From an uncultured Bacteroidales bacterium (lineage in GTDB: Bacteria > Bacteroidota > Bacteroidia > Bacteroidales > UBA3663), in the NCBI GenBank assembly GCA_905236195.1, contig CAJOOX010000082.1:1-33121 (forward strand): a stretch of DNA of 33,121 nucleotides, read 5' to 3'. Shown here in pieces: positions 22,346 through 30,805 of this stretch. The first letter of the stretch is position 1. Every line of letters starts with the position of its first letter. The position numbers were made by a program, and so were the translations under genes. The notes beneath the pieces are model-generated. The model saw nothing but the letters and a program-made list of their open reading frames with translations, had not been told where the DNA came from and searched no databases.

Positions 22346-24304
22346 TTATTTCTTCGGATTACTCCGATTTCCGCGATCGTAGCGATTGGGTTTCTTCCGT
22401 TCGTTCTGTTTGCCGAACCTGGTCTGTCCTCCCCCTTTTGGCACAAAGTTTTTGGGTTGGGATCCAGCGTTGCCGGGTCCGTGGCTCATGCCTCCGAAAA
22501 GTTTGGCAACCAGATCAAGACGTCCTGCACGCTGGAGGGCCTTGGTGAGTGTTCCGCGGTTTTCTGGCTGATACCAGAAGAACCATTGGCGCTGGCGTAG
22601 TTTCTCTTCAGGCGTACGGGCACAGAAGACGTGTTCGAGCGTATAGGGATGATAGCCTGTGTAGTAAATTTCAGTCGAGACGGTCATGGGTGTCGGCGTG
22701 AAGTCCTGCACCTGTTCAAGTTTGAAATCCAGCCGTTTGGTTTCTGCTGCCAGTTCAGCCATGTCTATCTCGGTTGATCCCGGATGGGAAGAGATAAAGT
22801 ACGGGATAATCTGCTGTTTGAGGCCGGCACGATGGTTTATCTCGTCAAAGAGGGCCTTGAAGCGATGGAACAACGCGAACGAGGGTTTTCGCATAATTCC
22901 GAGCACAGCTTCGGAAGTGTGTTCGGGGGCCACTTTCAGGCGACCTGACACATGGTTGCGGATCAGTTCCTCAGCATACCGCATACCGCATTCACGGAAC
23001 TCGCCGTTTTTCCCTTCGTGGAGCACAAGGTCATATCTCACACCGCTTCCCACGAACGATTTCTTTACGCCAGGCATCTGGTCAACGGCCTTATAAATAT
23101 CGAGCAACGGCTGATGGTCAACATTCAGATTGGGGCAGATGACCGGGGCACAACATGATGGTTTCTTGCACTTCTCACAGAGTTTCATATCCTTACCGTG
23201 CATGCCATACATATTGGCACTCGGGCCGCCCAAATCGGAGATATATCCCTTGAAATCGGGCATTTGGGTCACCTTCTCCACCTCGCGCAGGATGCTTGCT
23301 TTGGAACGCGAAGCAATGAACTTGCCTTGATGGGCCGAGATTGTACAGAAGGAACAGCCGCCGAAACAGCCACGGTGCATACAGACGGAGTGGCGTATCA
23401 TTTCGTAAGCCGGAATTCGTTTACCGTTATAACGGGGATGGGGCATACGGGTATACGGCAAATCGAAAGAAGCATCCACTTCGCGTGTTGTGAGCGGAGA
23501 CCATGGCTCGTTGACCAATACCGCCTCTTTGCCGGTCTGCTGCCAGATGCGGGCGGCGTGCCACTTATTGCTTTCCTCCTCGATATGGCGGAAGTTCGAT
23601 GCCTGCTTCTTTCTGTCCTTGAGACATTCTTCGAAACTCCACAGAACGACATCCTTTTCCGGGTTGACGTTCTCTGGGCCGGGTGCCTGAGTCATGCGTA
23701 CGACAGTCTGCGGAATATCCTTCATCGACACTATACTCTCTCCCCCGTCCAGGCGACGAGCTATTTCCAGCATGGTCTTCTCGCCCATGCCATAGGCAAT
23801 CATATCGGCCTTGCATTCTGTCAGAAGGCTTGGCCTGAGGCGGTCTTCCCAATAATCGTAGTAAGACAAACGTCGCAGACTGGCCTCGATGCCTCCTAAT
23901 ATAATAGGAGTTTCGGGCCAGAAGCGGCGTATCATGTCAGAATAAACGATACTCGGCATATCGGGACGCATCCCGGCCTTTCCGTCAGGCGTATAGGCAT
24001 CGTCGGAACGACGACGACGTGCTGCGGTATAGTGGTTCACCATCGAGTCCATCGCACCCGGCGAGATGCCGAAAAAGAGTCTCGGTTGCCCCAATTTGCG
24101 GAAGTCACGCCCGTCGTCTCTCCAATTGGGCTGGGGCACAATGGCCACATGGTAGCCTGCCGACTCCAGCACTCTGCCGATTACAGCCGCACCAAAGGAG
24201 GGATGATCCACATATGCGTCTCCTGAAAACAGGATGACATCCAGTTCTGTCCAGCCGCGAGCCTCTACTTCTTTTGCCGATGTAGGCAACCAATCTGTTA
24301 TCAT
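22346..24304 (-). CDS. ygiQ: YgiQ-family radical SAM protein (UPF0313)
   Basis: I chose the start at Met39 of the listed ORF. MITDWLPTSAKEVEARGWTELDVILFSGDAYVDHPSFG aligns with the E. coli YgiQ N-terminus as I recall it. The radical SAM motif is CFGGCSFC, and the protein has a basic C-terminal tail. Confidence 0.85.
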   Translation of the reverse strand: MITDWLPTSAKEVEARGWTELDVILFSGDAYVDHPSFGAAVIGRVLESAGYHVAIVPQPNWRDDGRDFRKLGQPRLFFGISPGAMDSMVNHYTAARRRRSDDAYTPDGKAGMRPDMPSIVYSDMIRRFWPETPIILGGIEASLRRLSYYDYWEDRLRPSLLTECKADMIAYGMGEKTMLEIARRLDGGESIVSMKDIPQTVVRMTQAPGPENVNPEKDVVLWSFEECLKDRKKQASNFRHIEEESNKWHAARIWQQTGKEAVLVNEPWSPLTTREVDASFDLPYTRMPHPRYNGKRIPAYEMIRHSVCMHRGCFGGCSFCTISAHQGKFIASRSKASILREVEKVTQMPDFKGYISDLGGPSANMYGMHGKDMKLCEKCKKPSCCAPVICPNLNVDHQPLLDIYKAVDQMPGVKKSFVGSGVRYDLVLHEGKNGEFRECGMRYAEELIRNHVSGRLKVAPEHTSEAVLGIMRKPSFALFHRFKALFDEINHRAGLKQQIIPYFISSHPGSTEIDMAELAAETKRLDFKLEQVQDFTPTPMTVSTEIYYTGYHPYTLEHVFCARTPEEKLRQRQWFFWYQPENRGTLTKALQRAGRLDLVAKLFGGMSHGPGNAGSQPKNFVPKGGGQTRFGKQNERKKPNRYDRGNRSNPKK

Positions 24305-24311
24305 ATGGTGG

Positions 24312-24319
24312 CAAAGATA
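24312..24319 (-). promoter_or_regulatory. -7 promoter box TATCTTTG only 7 nt upstream of the ygiQ ATG
   Basis: Minus strand reads TATCTTTG-CCACCAT-ATG. Confidence 0.4.
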
Positions 24320-24426
24320 GTGTTTTTTTGCAACATAGACTTTATAAAATCTCCATAAAAACAACTTTTTACTCTCTTTTCTTCCTTTTTTTCCGATTTT
24401 GATTTGGTTATCTTCCATTTTTCCAC

Positions 24427-24434
24427 TATATTTG
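24427..24434 (+). promoter_or_regulatory. -7 promoter box TATATTTG upstream of tRNA-Val
   Basis: TAnnTTTG match on the plus strand, about 95 nt upstream of the tRNA 5' end. Confidence 0.4.
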
Positions 24435-24528
24435 CAACCGCAATTAGAAAAAAGCGGCCATAAGTGCCAATCACCCGGTACGCTTAGCTTTCATAAGGTT
24501 GCCTGCGGTGACCAATGCTAAACATCAA

Positions 24529-24603
24529 GGACGCTTAGCTCAGCTGGTTCAGAGCGTCTGCCTTACAAGCAGAGGGTCGGGGGTTCGAATCCCTCAGCGT
24601 CCA
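24529..24603 (+). tRNA. tRNA-Val (anticodon TAC)
   Basis: Cloverleaf: acceptor GGACGCT/AGCGTCC, D arm GCTC..GAGC, anticodon stem TCTGC/GCAGA with loop CTTACAA, and T arm GGGGG-TTCGAAT-CCCTC. The discriminator is A and no CCA is encoded. Confidence 0.95.
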
Positions 24604-24613
24604 CCCGAAAATT

Positions 24614-24647
24614 AACCTTCTCCGATGTGGAGAAGGTTTTTCGTTTT
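24614..24647 (+). terminator. Rho-independent terminator after tRNA-Val; may also serve the convergent receptor gene
   Basis: AACCTTCTCC-GATGT-GGAGAAGGTT followed by TTTTCGTTTT. On the minus strand the hairpin is followed by AATTTTC. Confidence 0.75.
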
Positions 24648-24658
24648 AAACCATTCTT

Positions 24659-26596
24659 TTATTTAAATTCAAGGTTCTGGAGATCGATGGAGAAACCTAT
24701 GCTGAATGTTGTTCCGTCGGTCATAGCTGAATTGGCATAATAGAACGACGGACGGTAATTGAACAGGTTGTCGACCGTGGCCGAAAGGCGGATACCCTTG
24801 AAAATATCCTGTGTGAAAATAATCTTCCAAAGTGCATAGCCCGGATAGGTTGTCTCGGCGGCCTGACCGGCTGTGATATCGGTGTAGTTGAACATCGTAA
24901 ACTGATCGGTGGTTACCGATGAAAGGGCTCGGCAGGACAACGTCCACTGGAAGGCATAGCGAGAAGAGAAACGATGGTCCCAGCCAATGCGCCCCGTAAA
25001 ACTCTGCGGACGTGTGGCCGCTACCGTCGCCATGCCTGCTGGCGTATGTTCGTGGTTGATATTATAACTGGCCTTGAGACTCAGCCCATGGGAGAACTGG
25101 GCCTCGCCGTTCACGTCGATTCCCAAAATTCGCACTTGGTCGATGTTGAGATACTTCATGCCGTGGGTTAGGGCATCATCTACATAGAGAACATCGTACC
25201 AGGCCGTGGTAATGCGGTTATTGACAAAGTTGAGGCAACCCGACACAGAGGCGTTCCAACGCATCCAATCGCCTACTGTGCCATAAGATTCACCCGTGAT
25301 TGAGAAATTGTGGGAAACCTCAGCCTTCAGTCCCTCATTGCCATAGATCGTGAAATCCTGGATGGGATTGAAGCGCATGTAGCGTTCCTTCAGCGTGGGG
25401 GCACGGAAGCCTCCGGCATACCCGGCACGTAGGGACCACTGGTCTCCACGGTACATCAGTGAGAGCTTGCCTGACACACGGGATCCCTCGCCGAGTGAAT
25501 ACCAGTCCCAACGCATTGCTCCCACTACAGAAAGACGGTCAAGCGGAGAATAATCAATCTGGGTAAAGACATCCATTTTATGCTGCAGCCGGTGATCTCC
25601 GCTGAACTGATAGGTCATCAGATAGTCTCTTATCCAATCCCCACCCACTATGAGATGGTTCCGCCCGTTAAAGGTGCGATTATAGAGAATCGAAATATTA
25701 TGCTGAACGTTGCTGTAATCGCGGATATCATAGCCCTGTGCAGAGTAGTAATCCGACTTGTCGTATTGATCAAAGGAATAGCGGAGTTTGAGAATATCAT
25801 TCTCGGATATCTGCCAATCGGCCGCAAGCCCGGCTGTCACATCCCTGTAACGTTCGCGCGACACATCCAGCGGTCGGCGCTGCCTGTAGAAATAACCTAA
25901 CCTGCCAGTGAGTTTCATCCCGTCATATGGACGGAAGATGAGACGCTCACGAATGTTGTCGGAATGGTAGGCATAGAGCTGTTGGATATCGTCGTCCTTG
26001 CTCAGCTGGATGGCTCCCATCTGGTCACGTTGCCACGTGGTGAGACTGTTCCAGTTGCCTTTGTTGATACTGGCTGAGACTCCTGTCCGCCAGGCTCCGT
26101 GGCTGCCGCCTCTTAGGTTGAGATTCACTGCCCATGGGTCTTTTTTCTCCCGTGTAATGACATTGACCACACCGCCCACGGCATTCGAGCCGTATAGGGC
26201 GGACGCTCCGCCTTTGACAATCTCGACGCGTTCGACTTCCTGCATAGAAAGACGGGCGTAATCCACATTATCCAAAGCCTCTCCTGCCAGTCTTTCACCA
26301 TCGATCAGAAACAGCACGGAACTGCCGCCGAATCCTGAGAAATTGAGAGACTGCTGCTGGGCCATCGAATAGGTGAACTCCAGTCCGGGCACCTCCTGCT
26401 GGAGCAAATCCTCCACATTGGTGACATCCAGTCGCTGTATGTCTCGGGCCCGCAGTACCCGTGTCAGCACAGGCACCTCCTTGAGCATCTTGGGTGTATG
26501 CGTAGCCGTCACCACGACCTGTTCCAGATCGTGCGTATCGGCCACTGAATCGGCTGGTATCGGAGTGACGAGTGCTAGAAGAAGTGACGCTAACAT
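24659..26596 (-). CDS. TonB-dependent receptor, HmuR-like by synteny (heme/porphyrin uptake)
   Basis: 645 aa. It has a TonB box (DLEQVVVTAT), a plug (EDLLQQEVPGLEF...IDGERL...VERVEIVKGGASALYGSNAVGGVVNVIT) and a beta-barrel. Its ATG overlaps the hmuY stop (TGATG). Confidence 0.85.
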   Translation of the reverse strand: MLASLLLALVTPIPADSVADTHDLEQVVVTATHTPKMLKEVPVLTRVLRARDIQRLDVTNVEDLLQQEVPGLEFTYSMAQQQSLNFSGFGGSSVLFLIDGERLAGEALDNVDYARLSMQEVERVEIVKGGASALYGSNAVGGVVNVITREKKDPWAVNLNLRGGSHGAWRTGVSASINKGNWNSLTTWQRDQMGAIQLSKDDDIQQLYAYHSDNIRERLIFRPYDGMKLTGRLGYFYRQRRPLDVSRERYRDVTAGLAADWQISENDILKLRYSFDQYDKSDYYSAQGYDIRDYSNVQHNISILYNRTFNGRNHLIVGGDWIRDYLMTYQFSGDHRLQHKMDVFTQIDYSPLDRLSVVGAMRWDWYSLGEGSRVSGKLSLMYRGDQWSLRAGYAGGFRAPTLKERYMRFNPIQDFTIYGNEGLKAEVSHNFSITGESYGTVGDWMRWNASVSGCLNFVNNRITTAWYDVLYVDDALTHGMKYLNIDQVRILGIDVNGEAQFSHGLSLKASYNINHEHTPAGMATVAATRPQSFTGRIGWDHRFSSRYAFQWTLSCRALSSVTTDQFTMFNYTDITAGQAAETTYPGYALWKIIFTQDIFKGIRLSATVDNLFNYRPSFYYANSAMTDGTTFSIGFSIDLQNLEFK

Positions 26597-27327
26597 CAGA
26601 GGGGATAAATGAATGAGATAGTGAGATAACCCTTCAGGAGTGTGGTAGGATGGGCAAAACTGTCAACGTGGAAAGCGCAGAGCGTCCCGTCGGCAAAACG
26701 GGCCACATAGACCAGTCCTGTGGGATTAAAATCGGGAGGGCCTATACGATAGGTAAGCCGTATCCAGTCGGAAAGGACAGGATTGAGCTGACCCGGAATG
26801 TAGTCCAGATAGTCATAGACATCCTGTGTCGGAGCATCGGGCTGAAGGATATCGAAAACACGGTCCATGCTGACCACAATGCGTCTGGTGACCCATTCGT
26901 CGGGCATCCATTCCAGAGCCTCCGGATTAACCTGTGACAAGTCGTCCAGCGAGAAGACCTTTGTCACGGCACCCTCTCCCCCGTTGGTACGGATATCGTA
27001 GCGGTGAAATGCCAGATCCCAATCGCCTTCAGGGAGGAAAAGCGAATCCCGGACGAAACCTTCATCGGAAATGGCAACCGTATCAAAGGTCTGCCTGTGG
27101 AAATCGACATAAGTCCACTCCCGGAAATCCCGACAGTCCAGGTATAGGACGCCCTGGCGGGTGATGGAGTCATATTGCACGAAGCCGTACTCGCTCCCAG
27201 TATCCTTTTTGTCTATCTTGTCGTTGTCGTAGATGGATTCCAAAACATCGTCACATGCCGGGAGCAGCACAGCGGCAGCTCCCAGCATGAACAGATGGTA
27301 AAGTTTGGAAATCGCAGGTGAAAACAC
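26596..27327 (-). CDS. hmuY: HmuY-family heme-binding lipoprotein
   Basis: 243 aa with a lipobox (LLPAC). WDLAFHRYDIRTNGGEG and VYVARFADGTLCAFHV...KGYLTISFIYPL are colinear with P. gingivalis HmuY (WDMALHRYDVRLNCGESG; VFFVRGADGNIAKVQF...KGVITFTYTYPVK) as I recall it. Confidence 0.8.
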   Translation of the reverse strand: MFSPAISKLYHLFMLGAAAVLLPACDDVLESIYDNDKIDKKDTGSEYGFVQYDSITRQGVLYLDCRDFREWTYVDFHRQTFDTVAISDEGFVRDSLFLPEGDWDLAFHRYDIRTNGGEGAVTKVFSLDDLSQVNPEALEWMPDEWVTRRIVVSMDRVFDILQPDAPTQDVYDYLDYIPGQLNPVLSDWIRLTYRIGPPDFNPTGLVYVARFADGTLCAFHVDSFAHPTTLLKGYLTISFIYPL

Positions 27328-27339
27328 GCCGGACGATGT

Positions 27340-27828
27340 TTATTTATCGTTGGGTGTAAATACGAGTTTTATCTCGCCCATGCCTCCCATAACGCCTGTA
27401 ATAACATAGGATGTGGAGTCTGTGGCCACATAGCCCTTGAAGGTGAAATCGGGATAGGTCTTGGCGTCTTCGACAGAACCACCGCCGAAAAGGTCGGGTG
27501 TGGTGATGGAACCTTTGCCTTCCATCAGATATATGCCATTGCTTTCGACCACACTGACGCTCTCAAAGTTGGCCGGCCCCCAGAGATTGGACACATAGGC
27601 AACCCGTACTGTGTTGTCATTAACTGCGGTAATCTGCAACGAAGACACATCGTCTGTTCCCCGGAAGGAAGTCATGTCACTGAAATATCGGGCAGAGGCC
27701 GAAGTCACGCCGTAAGTGGCGGGACATACTACTTTTCCTGATACGGGTTCGGAATCATCGCTGCTGCATGAAACCATGCAGAGGGATGCTACAGCTACTA
27801 AGGCTATCATAAATTTCTTGAGTGTCAT
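27340..27828 (-). CDS. Small lipoprotein, possibly calycin/lipocalin-like beta-barrel; first gene of the hmuY operon
   Basis: I chose the start at Met41 of the listed ORF (MTLKKFMIALVAVASLCMVSCSSDD, signal plus lipobox). The sequence is beta-strand rich. The gene ends 12 nt before hmuY. Confidence 0.5.
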   Translation of the reverse strand: MTLKKFMIALVAVASLCMVSCSSDDSEPVSGKVVCPATYGVTSASARYFSDMTSFRGTDDVSSLQITAVNDNTVRVAYVSNLWGPANFESVSVVESNGIYLMEGKGSITTPDLFGGGSVEDAKTYPDFTFKGYVATDSTSYVITGVMGGMGEIKLVFTPNDK

Positions 27829-27875
27829 TTTGTTGATTGTTGTTTGTAAATAAAAAAAAGTTTGAATGAGGGCTG

Positions 27876-27883
27876 CAAAGATA
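27876..27883 (-). promoter_or_regulatory. -7 promoter box TATCTTTG for the lipoprotein-hmuY-receptor operon
   Basis: Exact TAnnTTTG match on the minus strand, 48 nt upstream of the ATG at 27828. Confidence 0.5.
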
Positions 27884-27916
27884 GTCTTTTTATCTTTATC
27901 TGCCAAATTATATATG

Positions 27917-28588
27917 TTAAAAAATGTATGTGAGTACAAAATTGTCATTCGTTTTGAAATACAGAGTTTTTAATCCCTGTTCCTCCACAGCGACTTCGAC
28001 CGTTCCCTGACGGTTGTTGCCGTTTCGTCTTGCATAGCAGATCTTCCTTACGGAAGTACGTCGTCTGAGATCGTAATAATCGCGTCCCAGAATCTTGAAG
28101 AGACTTTCTTTAACGCACCATGCGATATGGAGTTCAACGTCATCTTGCAGAAATTCCATTTCCGGAGCTTTGAGGAAATGAGACGTGACGTGCTGTACCT
28201 GTCTGCCAAGCCGTTCGATGTCTATACCCACCGGATGGTCAGACAAAATCACTGCAGCCCATCCGTCGGTGTGGGAAATACTCAGGTATGACCATACATA
28301 ATGGATTTCCTTTCCGTTTTCGTAACGTACCGATTCCATCTGCTGTGGAACCAGCGGCTTACCGTCTTTGTCATAGAGCACACGCTGTTCCTCGCCGGTC
28401 ATTGCCTTGAGCAGACAGCGTACGGCAAGGATTTCGCGCATTCGGCGGGAATCTTCCGGAAGCCTGGCAATGCGGTCGGCATACATGTCGGGGAGCTGGA
28501 GTTGCGCCTTCAGTTCCGACGCTGTCTCTGCAATCTGCCACAGCCCCAACTGAGAACCGTCCGGCAAAGTCTGTATCCTAACGTTCAT
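27917..28588 (-). CDS. 4'-phosphopantetheinyl transferase (Sfp-type superfamily)
   Basis: 223 aa with motifs SISHTDGWAAV, VGIDIERL and WCVKESLFK. It overlaps the upstream gene by 11 nt. Confidence 0.75.
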   Translation of the reverse strand: MNVRIQTLPDGSQLGLWQIAETASELKAQLQLPDMYADRIARLPEDSRRMREILAVRCLLKAMTGEEQRVLYDKDGKPLVPQQMESVRYENGKEIHYVWSYLSISHTDGWAAVILSDHPVGIDIERLGRQVQHVTSHFLKAPEMEFLQDDVELHIAWCVKESLFKILGRDYYDLRRRTSVRKICYARRNGNNRQGTVEVAVEEQGLKTLYFKTNDNFVLTYIF

Positions 28589-29894
28589 CTCCGTGATATT
28601 TCACACGTACGTTCTCTACGTGTCGTTTATCGACGTTCTGAATCATAAAGTCGAGACGCTTGAAATGAATCGTCTCTCCCTGGTGCAGGAAATCCTGTTT
28701 GATTTCCATCAGCAGGCCTGCCACGCTCTCGCAGTTGTCGGTTTTGTCGTCAAAATAATCACTGTCGAGTTCAGTGGCTTTATAGAAATCGCTGAGCGAG
28801 GTCTTGCCCTCCATGATCCATTCGTTCTGCCCTACCTTGCGCCAGGTTTTCTTGTCCTCGTCGTACTCGTCGTGGATCTCGCCCACGATTTCCTCGAGCA
28901 CATCCTCCATTGTGATCAGTCCTGCCGTACCTCCGAACTCATCGACCACTATAGCCATGTGGAGGCGCTTCTTGCGGAAATCGTTCAGCAGGTCGTCTAT
29001 CATCTTGTTTTCGGGTACGAAATAAGCCTCGCGCACCAGTGTCTGCCAATGGAAATCGTTACCGCGCTGCAGGAAGGGCAAAAGGTCTTTTACATAAAGG
29101 ATACCCTGGATATAATCTTCTGTCTCGCGATAGACGGGGATACGTGAGTATTTCGTCTCATTGACCAGTTGGAGCACCTGGTGGAACGAGGTTTTCTCCT
29201 CCAGCGCCGTCATATCCATACGGGACGTCATCACATCCTTTACACTCTTGTCGCCGAAGGTTATAATACCTTCCAGCATCTTCTTTTCCTCCTTGTTGAC
29301 CTGGGGTGTAATGCTGAGGGCGTTGCCCAGATCTTCCGACGACACTTCCTCTGCGCCCACATGGTCGGCAAGCCGGCGGTTGATGTGTCCCATCGAATTG
29401 ACCAACAGGGCCGTAAACGGACGTAGCAGGCTTTCCATTGCGGATACAAAGGGGGCCACCCTCCGCGAGAATTTCAGCGAATCGCGGCTGGCAACAATCT
29501 TGGGCATGATTTCGCCGAAGAGCAAAAGCAGGAAGGTCAGCAGTACAGACTGGATGATGAAGTCCAGCGCCAATGATATTTTCACCCACATACTCTCGAA
29601 GAAAAGCATAAACAGGGTGATGATTGCCACATTCACGAAGTTGTTGCCTATAAGGATACTGGCCATCAGACGGTCGCTGCGCGAGAGCAGACGCTTGATG
29701 TCAGGGTCGGACGGATGCTCCTCGTCGTCGAGGCATTGGAGATCTTGGGGTGAAAGCGAGAAAAAAGCCACCTCAGAGGCGGAAATCATGCCGGAAACTC
29801 CGAGCAGCAGTACGGCGATAACCAATGCTACCCAGGCTGCCGCTGAGGGCTCCTGCGTCACCAGTTCACCGAAATAGGGTATGTCTATAGTCAT
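28578..29894 (-). CDS. CNNM/DUF21-CBS-CorC_HlyC family membrane protein (hemolysin-family / GldE-like)
   Basis: 438 aa. It has an N-terminal 4-TM DUF21 region, a tandem CBS pair (VMTSRMDM..., SRIPVY) and a C-terminal CorC/HlyC transporter-associated domain. Confidence 0.8.
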   Translation of the reverse strand: MTIDIPYFGELVTQEPSAAAWVALVIAVLLLGVSGMISASEVAFFSLSPQDLQCLDDEEHPSDPDIKRLLSRSDRLMASILIGNNFVNVAIITLFMLFFESMWVKISLALDFIIQSVLLTFLLLLFGEIMPKIVASRDSLKFSRRVAPFVSAMESLLRPFTALLVNSMGHINRRLADHVGAEEVSSEDLGNALSITPQVNKEEKKMLEGIITFGDKSVKDVMTSRMDMTALEEKTSFHQVLQLVNETKYSRIPVYRETEDYIQGILYVKDLLPFLQRGNDFHWQTLVREAYFVPENKMIDDLLNDFRKKRLHMAIVVDEFGGTAGLITMEDVLEEIVGEIHDEYDEDKKTWRKVGQNEWIMEGKTSLSDFYKATELDSDYFDDKTDNCESVAGLLMEIKQDFLHQGETIHFKRLDFMIQNVDKRHVENVRVKYHGDER

Positions 29895-30436
29895 CGGATA
29901 TTGAGTATCTTATGGGTCTGAAGACTCAGTCTCCAGTCTGGGTGTTGCATGAGCCAGGCTATGCATTCCTCCGTGTTGAGGCCTGAACAGGGCTGAATGT
30001 AACGCCACTGGGTACGGATGCTTTCATATGGACTGAAATCCTGTCCGAGGAAAACGATTTTAAGTTCGTCTGCCTCTTCGAGAACCACCTCCCCCCCGGC
30101 CTTGGGCGAACAGGTAATCCAGTCGATGCCGTCGGGCAGCACACAGGTTCCGTTAGTCTCAATGGCCACCCGTCTTCCTTGCGCATGCAGTCCGGCAACC
30201 AGACTCTCTGTCACCTGAAGCGAGGGTTCGCCACCCGTGAGCACAACATGGCGGGCCGGATATTTGGCAACCTCGCTCAGGATTTCCGTTTCGTTCATCA
30301 GGACACCGTCCTCGTGACGTGTATCGCAGAAGTCGCATCGGAGATTACAGCCCGAGAACCGGATGAACACCGAGGGGGTGCCTGTCCAGTACCCTTCACC
30401 CTGCAGGGAATAGAATATCTCGTTGACACGCATCAT
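29891..30436 (-). CDS. queE: 7-carboxy-7-deazaguanine synthase (radical SAM)
   Basis: 181 aa with EIFYSLQGEGYWTGTPSVFIRFSGCNLRCDFCDT (CxxxCxxC). It shares a 4-nt overlap with both neighbouring genes. Confidence 0.9.
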   Translation of the reverse strand: MMRVNEIFYSLQGEGYWTGTPSVFIRFSGCNLRCDFCDTRHEDGVLMNETEILSEVAKYPARHVVLTGGEPSLQVTESLVAGLHAQGRRVAIETNGTCVLPDGIDWITCSPKAGGEVVLEEADELKIVFLGQDFSPYESIRTQWRYIQPCSGLNTEECIAWLMQHPDWRLSLQTHKILNIR

Positions 30437-30762
30437 TTCTCGTAGATGGCAACGTTGTTCATTGTTTCCTGTACGCGTGCCTTGTAGCAGAAAGGTACCT
30501 GCTCAGCCACCCACCTGGCGATATTCTCGGCTGTAGGATTGAACGGCAGTACCTCGCTGAGGTTCTGATGGTCGAGACGTTCCTTCACATTGTGCTTGAT
30601 GTAGTTGAAATCAACGACCATGCCGTTCTCGTCCAGTTTTTCGCTTTTGCACCACACGGTGATAACCCAGTTGTGGCCATGAAGCACAGAGCATTTGCTC
30701 TCATAATTCAGATGCAGCTGATGGGCTGCACTGATTTCAAAAGTCTTTTCAATATAAAACAT
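30433..30762 (-). CDS. queD: 6-carboxy-5,6,7,8-tetrahydropterin synthase
   Basis: 109 aa. The Zn-binding His motifs and catalytic Cys context (AAHQL, CSVLHGHNW) are typical of QueD/PTPS. Confidence 0.9.
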   Translation of the reverse strand: MFYIEKTFEISAAHQLHLNYESKCSVLHGHNWVITVWCKSEKLDENGMVVDFNYIKHNVKERLDHQNLSEVLPFNPTAENIARWVAEQVPFCYKARVQETMNNVAIYEK

Positions 30763-30805
30763 ATTCGTTTTTGGTTATGATGGGAGGTTGCGTAACTCCC
30801 GTTGA

